Positions 40,297 to 50,126 of a DNA stretch of 50,406 nt are shown here, piece by piece (positions within the stretch are counted from its first letter, which is position 1; the number at the start of each line of letters is the position of its first letter). The position numbers were made by a program, and so were the translations under genes. Source of the stretch: Neovahlkampfia damariscottae (lineage: Eukaryota); assembly GCA_016618085.1 (NCBI GenBank), contig JABLTG010000146.1, positions 1 through 50,406 on the forward strand, given 5' to 3'. The notes under the pieces are model-generated. The model was not told the DNA's origin. It saw nothing but the letters and a program-made list of their open reading frames with translations, and did not search any database.

Positions 40297-41553
40297 TTAT
40301 TCATTTGTACCTTCGATTTCATCTGTCTCTTCATAATCTTCATCTTCTTCTTCTTCTTCAACATCCCAATCTGGAAAGTTGTCTTGAAATCCGTTCCAAT
40401 TCTTTTTCATTTCTCTTGAGGTCAACAAGCATTTATCTAACATTTCTTCAGTTTTCTTTTGATCAAATTTTTGCCCAATAAAAACTAATTCTTGTCTTCT
40501 GTCACCATATTTTGAATCAAATGTCTTTTCAATTTCTTTTCTTAAATCTTCTGGAAAATCTTCCCAATCTTCTTCTTCAAAATCTGCATACCAGCTACCA
40601 CCATTGCTAAATTGAAAAATACTGCCAGACTGAGCCCATACTCCCATCTCTTCATCTCTTGTAGCTAACCAAATGAATCCTTTACTTCTAAAGAATGTAT
40701 CTCTTAAATAATCTCCTTCTAGTAATTTCAATAATCTTTCAGGATGAAAAGGTCTTCTCCTGTGATAACTGAATGATGATATACCGTATTCATCTTTTTC
40801 TGATAATACTTCTCCTCTTAGAACTTTCATCCAACCTGGATTTTCAATAGCTTTTTCAAAATCAAATAATTTAGTATTCATAATTTCTTTCAATGGAACT
40901 ACTGAATTTGTGGTTGGAAATATTTTTGCATCTGGATTTAATGATTTGATCATTGATATGCATTCTTTTAACTTATCTTCTTTAACTAAATCTATCTTGT
41001 TGACTAGAATCACATTTGCAAATTCGATTTGATCAATAAGCAATTCTGAAATTGGATGTTCTTCTTCTTCAGGAGCATCAAAAATTTCAACAGTAGATTC
41101 TTCGCTCTTCAAATATTTCATGAAATTGAAAGCATCAACAACTGTAACAACTGTGTCAAGAGCAGCAACATCAATCAATGTTTCAAATTCTTCTGTTTCG
41201 AGGTCAAATGAAAATGTTTCAGCAACTTGCATTGGTTCTGAGATTCCTGTTGGTTCTATGAGTAAATAGTCATATTTGTTTTCCTTAGCAAGTTTAGAAA
41301 TTTCTACAAGCAAGTCTTCTCTCAAAGTGCAGCAAATGCATCCATTCTCCATAGTAATGAGCTTTTCTTCAACTTTGTTCAATGTAGAGCCTTTTTGAAT
41401 CATCTTTGCGTCAATATTGATTTCGTTCATATCATTGACGATGCAAGCAACTTTTGCACCTTCATGGTTTTCCAAGATGTGTTTGAGTAAAGTTGTTTTG
41501 CCGCTTCCTAAGAATCCGCTGAGTAATGTGACTGGTAAAGGTGATGATTTCAT
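40297..41553 (-). CDS. COG0523/CobW-family zinc metallochaperone GTPase (YciC/ZigA-like)
   Basis: GFLGSGKTT, NGCICCTLREDL, EPTGISEP, NKID, RRPFHPERL, RSKGFIWLATR and GDRRQELVFIG. Intronless. Confidence 0.93.
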   Translation of the reverse strand: MKSSPLPVTLLSGFLGSGKTTLLKHILENHEGAKVACIVNDMNEINIDAKMIQKGSTLNKVEEKLITMENGCICCTLREDLLVEISKLAKENKYDYLLIEPTGISEPMQVAETFSFDLETEEFETLIDVAALDTVVTVVDAFNFMKYLKSEESTVEIFDAPEEEEHPISELLIDQIEFANVILVNKIDLVKEDKLKECISMIKSLNPDAKIFPTTNSVVPLKEIMNTKLFDFEKAIENPGWMKVLRGEVLSEKDEYGISSFSYHRRRPFHPERLLKLLEGDYLRDTFFRSKGFIWLATRDEEMGVWAQSGSIFQFSNGGSWYADFEEEDWEDFPEDLRKEIEKTFDSKYGDRRQELVFIGQKFDQKKTEEMLDKCLLTSREMKKNWNGFQDNFPDWDVEEEEEDEDYEETDEIEGTNE

Positions 41554-41829
41554 GTTGTTAGTTCGTTCTAAAAGTGTGTTTTTTTTTTAAGGACGAAGAA
41601 TTAATCCGATTGGACAATAAATTTCCTAAAAATTAAAAACTATTGGTAGAAAAAAGGTTCCACCAGATAGTATGTTCTGAGAAAAATATTCAGAATTCAA
41701 AATTCGTTTGTTACCTACTTTTGTGGTTTTCTTCAACATAAATTGACCAATTGTTTCAGACATTTGTTCAATGATTGGTAATGGAACATTCCAATTGTGG
41801 AGATCAAAAACAGATTTAAGAAAAAATTT

Positions 41830-42456
41830 TTATTGTTTATTTTTTTTGCAATTTTGAAAATAGAACCAAGAAGGAGACTTTCTCTTCAATGAAAATTCAT
41901 CTTCAATCTCTTCTTGTTCCATTTCATCTGAGCAATGAATTTCACCTTGCTCCACAAAAAGTATTTTTCTTTTCATCAGTTCATTCACCAATTCACTTGG
42001 ATTCACAGAGATTGTGAAAGTACAAAATTGTTTGATTGCTCTTTTGAGCTTCACAGATGTCTTTGGCAGAGAATTGGATGTAGTGAACCATAATCGAACT
42101 TTTTTGATAGCAGCATGAAGATAATTATTTTGCTCTTTACTTTTTAAAATTTCATCATTCAGTTTTTTGATAATTTGTTGTGCTTCCAATGTTTCTTGTT
42201 TAAATATACATTTTTGTGAATATTTGACTTTTTCTTCATCAATGAGATGTATTATATTTCTCTTTATAAGTTCATAGTAAACGATTTCATGGTCAATTGT
42301 TTTTTTATAAGAACAAATTGGCGAAAGTTGAAATGTTAAATCTTCCAAAGAGGTGATTATTTTCTCTTCTGATTTGGATATTATCCAATTTTTAACGTTT
42401 TGTATAAGTTCTTGGTTCATATGTTTGGTGAGTAAATTCCGTAAATACGGATTCAT
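41830..42456 (-). CDS. Hypothetical protein with two internal repeats
   Basis: 208-aa ORF in which V(K/R)xW...C(S/T)(Y/F)...EL(I/M)KR(N/K)I(I/L) occurs twice. GATTGG box upstream at ~42508. Confidence 0.7.
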   Translation of the reverse strand: MNPYLRNLLTKHMNQELIQNVKNWIISKSEEKIITSLEDLTFQLSPICSYKKTIDHEIVYYELIKRNIIHLIDEEKVKYSQKCIFKQETLEAQQIIKKLNDEILKSKEQNNYLHAAIKKVRLWFTTSNSLPKTSVKLKRAIKQFCTFTISVNPSELVNELMKRKILFVEQGEIHCSDEMEQEEIEDEFSLKRKSPSWFYFQNCKKNKQ

Positions 42457-42633
42457 TTACTCTATTTATAAGTGTGTTTAATGAATCTTCATTTTTTCTT
42501 GATTTTTGATTGGACAAGTTAGAAAGGGTAGTTGTATTTATCAATAGATTTATTATTTCAAAATAGTTTTTCTGTTAAATTTTTATTCATTTTTAAAACC
42601 TTTGGATTTTTGAGATGAATTCATTGGACAAAA

Positions 42634-44548
42634 ATGATTGGGGAAAGTTTAACCAGCAAAATAGAACTTGGTATATCTTGCAAGTAACCAATTGTTCATT
42701 AAACAATTTAGGTCATTAATTAAACTTGATCTCTTGAGTGCAAGTGATCCGCAAGTATTTGTCTATGAAATGAACAAAAAACAAAAAAAATGGAATCTTG
42801 TTGGAAAAACTGAACAACATAAAGATGAACCAAATCCTCAATTCAAAAAAACATTCATGATGGATTTTAAATTTGAAGGTAAAAAAAAACAAAAAAATTA
42901 AAAAAAAAATCAGAAACACAAGAACTGAAGTAAACCATACATAATGACTGAAAAAAAAAGATTTTTAGTTTTAGATGTAGATTCAAAATCAACAAAATTT
43001 GAAGACCATGATATCATTGGTATTATCACTTTCTTTTTTTATTTTTTACTTAGGTGAACTTTCATGTACTCTTTCTGAAATTATTGGATCAAGAGGAAGT
43101 TTATTAACAAAACCATTAGAGTTTAAAGAAAAACCAAATCGAAAAAATGGATTCATTTCAGTGAGAGCTGATGAAATACGTGAAGACAATCATGATATTA
43201 CTGTTCAATTCTCTTGTAAGAATTTAGATAAAAAAGATTTTTTTGGAAAATCAGATCGTAAATTAATAATAATTCTGAATATTTTCACTAAAGCTTATTT
43301 AATCATTTCAAAATTAAATTCAGATGGATCAACAAAAGAATTAAAAAAAACAGAAACTTTAACCAAAAATTTGAATCCACAATTTAAACCATTCTTTTTA
43401 ACAAGTAAAGAAGCATGTAATGGTGATTTAAATAAGAAATTGAGAATTGAATGTTATGATTGGGATAGATTTTCGGAAGATGATTTAATTGGTCGAATTG
43501 ATATTTCTTTTAGTGAGTTATTAAATGGTGGAACATCAAAAAGATTTCCATTGATTAATGATAAACTAAAAAAGAAAAGAAATGTAATTTCAAACAAAAA
43601 ATTAACTCATTAAAAAGTATAAAAACTCTGGTGAATTATATTTTGGTCAACTTGATGTTATGAAACATCCAACATTTCTTGATTATATTATGGGTGGACA
43701 ACAAATTTCTTTAGCTGTTGCTATTGATTTTACTGCTTCAAATGGTTCAAAATTTGATAAAGACTCTTTACATTATTTTGAACAAAATAGTTATAATGAA
43801 TATCAAAAAGCATTGATTTCAGTTGGAAATATTTTAAATTATTATGATTCAGATAAACAATACCCTGTTTTTGGGTTTGGTGCCAAGATTAATGGAACAA
43901 CATCTCATTGCTTTCCATGTAATTTCAATGTAAAATATTTTTCTTTTTTTTTTGACATTCTAGCCAAACAATCCTGAAGTATTTGGTGTTGCAGGGATAT
44001 TAGATGCTTATAATTATGCATTAAATCAAGTGACATTTTTTGGACCAACTTATTTTGCTCCATTTTTAAAACAAATGAATTTAATTGCATCTAATAATCA
44101 ACAAACCTATCACGTTTTATTAATTTTAACAGACGGGGAAATTACAGATATGGATGCAACTATTGATGAAATTGTTAAAGCATCTAATTTACCTGTCTCT
44201 ATTATTATTATTGGAGTTGGAAATGAATCCTTTGAAAAAATGGTGATTCTTGATGGTGATGATTCTATTTTGAAAGATTCAAATGGAGATAGAGCTAAAA
44301 GAGATATTGTTCAATTTGTTCCATTTAAGAAATTTAGAAATGCTTCACTTGATTCTTTGGCTTCTGAAGTATTACAAGAAGTGCCAGGACAATTATTAGA
44401 ATACATGAAAAGAAAAAATATTAAACCAAATCAAAGAGTTAATGTTGATCCAAATGTGATGATTAATCAAATACAACAAGGAAATCAACAAAATCAACAA
44501 AATCCTCAAATTATTAATTTGCAACAAAATCAACAATTTCCTCAATAA
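42634..44548 (+). CDS. Copine (C2-C2-vWA)
   Basis: DLLSASDPQV, DKKDFFGKSDP, YDWD, AIDFTASNG, YDSDKQYPVFGFGA, GPTYFAP, ILTDGEITD and RDIVQFVPF. Seven introns, including a 16-nt exon at 42914-42929. Confidence 0.95.
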
Positions 44549-44800
44549 AAAGTCGAAAACTTTCTTTTCAATTGATTTTATTTCTGAGATTCAACCTCGC
44601 CGTTTTACAAAAAATCCCACCAACAGATTTGTTTCCTTCATTTTTGCAGAAACTGAATAATATTTATTCCTTAGGAATTCCAATAGGAAACTCATGAATA
44701 CTTTTTTATAATATCTGAGTTTAAAAATGTCAATTTACTGTTGGTGCTTTAAATTGTAATTTTTCCGAATTGTTTTCTATTGGACAATTTTGAAAAAAAC

Positions 44801-45489
44801 ATGACAAAAAAACCTGAAGCGGTTCAAGAGGAAGAAATTTCCATTGGTGTGTTTGGAGATTCTGGAATTGGAAAAACAACAATCATTATTCAATTCTTGA
44901 AAAGTATTTTCGTAGAAGAGCACGGTAATATTTCAAATAAAAAATTAAAAAACACTCTTCAGATCCAACAATTGAAGACTATTTTGAAACATCGAGATAT
45001 TTTGGAAAACAACAAAAAACAATTACCAAATTATCAATTTTAGGTTTTTCTTTAGTTTTATTCATATTTTTTTTAATAACAGATTCTGCTGGTCAAGAAG
45101 ATTATCAAACTTTAGTTCCACAACAAATGAGAGACGCAGAAGGTTTTATGGTAGTTTATTCAATTACTGATAAAAAATCATTCGAAAAAGTTGTGGAATT
45201 CCAAAAAAAAATAACGCAAGTAAAAGAAAAAGTGAAAAAAATACCAATTATTCTCATTGGAAATAAAATTGATTTAGAAGAAAGTAGACAAGTAACAAGA
45301 GAGGAAGGACAAAAATTAGCAAAAGAATTTGGAATTCCATTTCTCGAAACTTCTGCAAAAACAAGAATTAATATTGACGAATCATTTGAACAAATTTCTT
45401 TGGATGTACGTAAAAGTAGACAACAAGAAAAAGATGGAAAAACAAAAAATAAAAGCGAAAAAAAAGATGGTGGTTGTTTACTTCAATAA
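44801..45489 (+). CDS. Ras-family small GTPase
   Basis: GDSGIGKT, effector loop HDPTIEDY, DSAGQED, NKID, ETSAK and CAAX box CLLQ. Two introns. Confidence 0.92.
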
Positions 45490-45496
45490 AATAGAA

Positions 45497-47012
45497 TTAT
45501 TTATTGAAGAATATTCCTTGTTTTATTTCAATTTCTCCAAATGATTCTTTTTGATTTAAATCAACAAATCCTTTTGAAGCTAACACACATAAATGATAAA
45601 AATTAAATGAATAATCATTTCTTGAATAATTTGTAATTTTTGAAAAACATAAAATATCATTATCCAAAATCATTTCTCCTTTTAAAAATTTTAATAATTT
45701 CCATGATTTCTTTTCCATTGAACATTTATGATTTGAAATTTCTATTTCATTAATTTCTTGTGAATTTTTTTGATTTGATTTCATTGGAGATATTTCAACT
45801 TGTTTCATTCTCTTTCTTTTTTTAATAGAAACTTCTTCTTCTTCAAATAAATGAGGAATTACATCACTAAATCCTTCATCTTGAAAACTATCTTTAAATC
45901 TTGGAATTTCTATTTCATCTTGGCTTAATTTCATTCTTTTTGAATTTCTATTTACAATATCTGAAAGTTCTTGAGCAATTTCATAATCAATTGAATTGAA
46001 TACATTTTCTTTTTTTATTCCAAAATAATCCTTAATTCTTTTAAAAATTATATTAAATTTACATTAATTTTTGGTCTTTTTACAATGAGTTTTGAAGTAT
46101 CCAATAAATATTTTCTCATTACATCAAATGGAATTTCAGTTAATTCATCAACAATGACATCTTTCATTTTTCTTTTTCTTGAACTATTAGGAGTCTTTGG
46201 AGTTTCTTGAGGTGTTAACACTTTTGAATTAAATTCGTCTTCTAAAAATCCAATAGGCTCAAAATCTAAAATATTTGAAACATCTATTTTTCCAGTAATT
46301 TCAAATCCATCTGTGGTAGGTACACTTTGAAATGAATTCAATATTTGGAATACCAAGTTTTTTCATCAGGATCAAAGAATGTGATTTCATCTTTGTTTGC
46401 TCGTAAACGATGATCAATGCCAATGGATGGATTTGAAGTGGAAAAAACAAATTCACCACTTTCATTGTATCCTTCAAAGGCACATGAAATATCAGGTAAA
46501 ATCAAGTCTAAAAAACTAGACTTAAAATTTTGATAATTTTGATCAATAGGAATAGTAATAGTATCAAATTTTACTCTCTTTTTATCCAAATCAATAGTTG
46601 TGTTGTCAGAATTTAAATTGATATTCTTTGCTTTTGATGCAATGAAAGATCCTTCAGCTGAAATATATTTAGTGAATTGATAATTACAATGGACATAATT
46701 GACTTTTTTTTCGTAAATGATGGAAATTCCAAGTAGTAATGTTCCTGATAATCTGAGTGATAAATCTTTTGATGAATTAATTTGTTTTCTTTCGTTTTTT
46801 TAAATTTATGAAATAATTACGATATAATGATAATATCTGTTCCATTTACTCTCTTTTTAGTAATAGTTTTTCCTCTTAAAGTTCCTGCTAACCTAAAAAT
46901 ATTATATTAATTTTTCGCGAAAATTCAAACCAAATATGAAACAATGGATCTATAATTAATTATGGTGACAATTCCAACCTTTCTTTGAAATAATTTGAGT
47001 ACTGAAAAACAT
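45497..47012 (-). CDS. Rad21/Rec8-family kleisin
   Basis: N-terminal MFFSTQIISKKDPLFHIWLAG...LSLRLSGTLLLGISIIYEKKVNY and C-terminal winged helix FYHLCVLASKGFVDLNQKESFGEIEI. Multiple introns. Confidence 0.85.
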
Positions 47013-47097
47013 TTTGATCTTTGTCGTTGTTTGAGGAGACGAAAAAAAATAAAAACCAGTAGAATGAATTGATTGGTCAGAAATTACCCTATTAAAA

Positions 47098-47749
47098 ATG
47101 TGGTTCAAACTTGTGTTGTTTGTCTCACTGTTCGCAATAATTTCTTCATTTGATTTTTATATTGAACCTCAAGGACAAAAATGTTTTCATGAGGAAATAC
47201 CAGCAAATTTTGATGTAAAAAAAAAAAAATTAAAATTAAACATCTTAGGTATGGGGTAAATATGAACTTGATGCACCAATTGACCAAACAACTGATTTAA
47301 GAATAGTTGAAGTTAAAACAGGAAAAGATGTATATAACAAAGATGATCTTCATTCTGGTGAGTTTACTTTTACAGCACACGAAGGTGGTGATTATAGTTT
47401 TTGTTTTTTCAGTAGAAATACAGTTTCTTATTCATCACATATTCAAGCAAGAAGAGTTTCATTTAAAGTATTAACAGGAAGTGAAACCGTAAATTATCAA
47501 AATATTGCAAGAAAAGAACATTTAAAACCAATTGAATTAAATCTCAGAATGATGGAAGATTCTTTAAAATCAATTTATTTAGAATACGTTTATTTTAAAG
47601 ATAGAGAACATAAAATGAGACAAGTTTCAGACTCAACAAGTTCTAGAATTAAATGGTTAGGTGCTTTTTCAATTATTGTTATTATTGCATCATCAATTTT
47701 TCAAGCATTATATATGAAATCATTTTTTAGAAAAAAAAAATTGATTTAA
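47098..47749 (+). CDS. TMED10: p24/emp24 GOLD-domain cargo receptor (TMED10-like)
   Basis: Signal peptide, KCFHEE, YSFCF, LKPIELNLR, DREHKMR, a TM helix and FFRKKKLI*. Confidence 0.85.
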
Positions 47750-47817
47750 AAATTAAAAAATAAATTTTGGAGGTTTCTAATTTGTTCACCAATCATCATA
47801 ATTTTGTTAAATTTTTA

Positions 47818-49029
47818 ATGATAAAACAGTGGGTGAATAACATCATTAGTTATTCATCTGAAGTGGACTCAAAAAATTGGAAAGCTACTAATATTATCGG
47901 AAAACCAACTGTTTATCCAAACTATGGTAGTTTCAAAGGCACATGGTCACCATTGGATGGAAAAGAAGAATTTATTGAAATTAAATTTAAAGAAAATGTT
48001 TTTGTTAAAAAATTAAAAATATATGAAACAAATAATCCAGGATTTATTTATAAAATATCAAGTAAAAATGAACAGGGTAATTGGACTGTGTTATACAATG
48101 ATGATAGACTTCAAATCACCAAAAAACAATCAAGAGCATTTTCACCAAAATTAAAAAGAACAAAATTTCTAACAAATGAAATTCGAATTGATATTAATTG
48201 TCAATATTTAACTAATAAAAATGATTCCTATGAAATTGATGCAATACAGTTAATAGGTACAATGAATGAAGAAGAAAAAGATATATTAACTTTAGAATCA
48301 ATTTCAAAGGAGAATTCTTTAAATATAAGTAGGAAATATGAAAAATATATCAATGATGAAAATGAGAGTGATTGTTCAATTTTTGTTGGAAATGAAAAAT
48401 ATTTTAATGTTATGAAAATTATATTAGTTTCTCAAAGTGAATTTTTTGAAGGATTATTCTTTTCTGAAATGATAGAATCACAAAGGAGTTATATAACTCT
48501 TCCTTCTATCAAACCTGATTTATTTGAAGAAATTTTATTTTTTTTGTATACAGGTGATTTAAAAGAAGAAAATTTGCAATATGAAAAATTAATCAAATTA
48601 TTATATTCATCAGATTATCTTCAACTTTATGGTTTAATTGATTTATGTTTTTCTTATTTATCTGAACTTACAGATTTATTTTTAGATTCAATTGATTTCT
48701 TGAATTTATCGGAAGGACTTTTAATTTATTATTTGAAATCAGATTATTTGATCATACAAGAATATCATTTATTTCAAAAATTAGTTGAATGGTCCATATT
48801 TCAATGTAGAAAATTCAACATTGAAAGAACGAATCAAAATATTCAACAAATTTTGAATCCATTATTATTTCATTTAAGATTAACATTATTGGAAGATAAA
48901 ATTAAAGAAATAGAAAGTTGTGGATATGTATCAAAGAAGTTTTTAGTGCACTTTTATAAATCATTGATAAAAAAGAATCAAGTGACTGAAAAATTAAGAA
49001 TGATTGGAAGTAAAAAAGATTCCTTATAA
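47818..49029 (+). CDS. BTB/BACK protein with N-terminal galactose-binding-like (FBXL4-N-like) domain
   Basis: KQWV..YSSE...W.A.NIIGKP.VYPNYG...W, IYETNNPG and EIDAIQLIG, then BTB motifs SDCSIFVG..KIILVSQSEFF..F...M and FLYTG. Confidence 0.8.
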   Translation: MIKQWVNNIISYSSEVDSKNWKATNIIGKPTVYPNYGSFKGTWSPLDGKEEFIEIKFKENVFVKKLKIYETNNPGFIYKISSKNEQGNWTVLYNDDRLQITKKQSRAFSPKLKRTKFLTNEIRIDINCQYLTNKNDSYEIDAIQLIGTMNEEEKDILTLESISKENSLNISRKYEKYINDENESDCSIFVGNEKYFNVMKIILVSQSEFFEGLFFSEMIESQRSYITLPSIKPDLFEEILFFLYTGDLKEENLQYEKLIKLLYSSDYLQLYGLIDLCFSYLSELTDLFLDSIDFLNLSEGLLIYYLKSDYLIIQEYHLFQKLVEWSIFQCRKFNIERTNQNIQQILNPLLFHLRLTLLEDKIKEIESCGYVSKKFLVHFYKSLIKKNQVTEKLRMIGSKKDSL

Positions 49030-49160
49030 TGTTGTCATTGATGACTAAAAAATTGGTTTTTAAAATACTTTTTCATTGGTCACAATTTACCCTTCATGGC
49101 TAACGTCTACAAAAAGGTGACATTTGATTGGTCTTTTCTATCTGCTAAAAATAAACGACA

Positions 49161-49409
49161 ATGGTTTTAGAAAAATTACCTGGTGTACCAAAAGTTACTC
49201 CTGCAGCTGGTGTTATCTGTGTCATCTTGAACTTCATACTTCCAGGTGTTGGAACTCTTCTTGCTGGAATCTTTGCTGAAGGTGGTCTTGATTTAATTAC
49301 AGTCATCATTGGAATCTTGCAATTAATCTTGGTTTGGGCATTTGGTCTTGGATATTTCTGGGCTTTTTGGTCATCCATTCTTATTTTAATTAGAGCTGGT
49401 TCAGAATAA
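49161..49409 (+). CDS. Small membrane protein, Spec3/Stum-like
   Basis: ICVILNFILPGVGTLLAG...GILQL...LGYFWAFW pattern; GATTGG box at 49126. Confidence 0.7.
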   Translation: MVLEKLPGVPKVTPAAGVICVILNFILPGVGTLLAGIFAEGGLDLITVIIGILQLILVWAFGLGYFWAFWSSILILIRAGSE

Positions 49410-49425
49410 ACTAAACAATATTTTA

Positions 49426-50126
49426 TTATAATTTTGAAGTCCACCCACAAAGTTGATCACAAATGACATTCTAATGATCTTGTCCAAAGATTATCTCTTG
49501 TTTATTTACTTGAAAACTTGGAACTCCAAAAACACCAGCATTGAAAGCTCTATCCACGTTGTGAAATAGAACATTTTTAATTTCTTTTTCTTTTGATTTC
49601 TTCAACAACTCTTTTCCATTAAAACCTGATTTATTTAGCACTTTTATTAAGTTTTCTTCGATTCCAATCGCAATGTCATCAACCCAAGCCGCTTTGACTA
49701 AAAAATGTCAAAAAAAAACAATATCTTACAGAGACAGTCAATTGTTTCAGGTTGAACTATAAACCCTTAAAGCATTTTGTGAAATTATTGGAAATTTTGA
49801 AGTAAATTTGAATGGAACATTCCACCATTTCACCCACCTAAATTTTGAGTTTTGAAATATTTGAAAAACCTGTTCATGTCTTGTTGATTTAATTTAATTT
49901 TTTGAGGAGTCATAGCAGTCATTGGTAAAACAGGAGCTCCTTTTTAAAAGAAATTAATGAAACTCTTGAATTTTACCAATTTTTTTGAATAGAGCTCCAA
50001 CTAATATTGGAACGAATTCAACATTACAATTTGTTTCTTTTTAATTCTTTCAATTTGTGTCCAAGCAAGATAAGAATAAGGTGAAGCAAAATCAAAATAA
50101 AAAATTAATTTTGGTTTCTTTTGTGT
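49426..50126 (-). pseudogene. Pseudogenised DsbA-family HCCA isomerase / kappa-GST-like gene
   Basis: KLIFYFDFASPYSYLA, PILVGALFK, DMNRW, AAWV and GVFGVPSF..IFGQD, with three intact GT-AG introns. Lesions: no in-frame ATG, frameshift at 50038-50042, frameshift at ~49761 and premature TAG at 49473-49471. Confidence 0.85.

Noticed and set aside
702..49409. Fragmented ORFs suggesting stop-codon reassignment or many frameshifts
   Set aside because: The breaks I traced resolve with short GT-AG introns under the standard code, and TAA and TGA end conserved proteins at the expected places.
1375..49450. Many short antisense or overlapping ORFs in the track (e.g. 1375-1668, 7919-8260, 14014-14376, 49145-49450)
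   Set aside because: They are shadow frames of real genes on the opposite strand, with no motifs.
49921..49980. Perfect 10-bp inverted repeat ATTGGTAAAA...TTTTACCAAT
   Set aside because: Both arms are explained by exon and splice-site sequence of the pseudogene. It is AT-rich with no target duplication.
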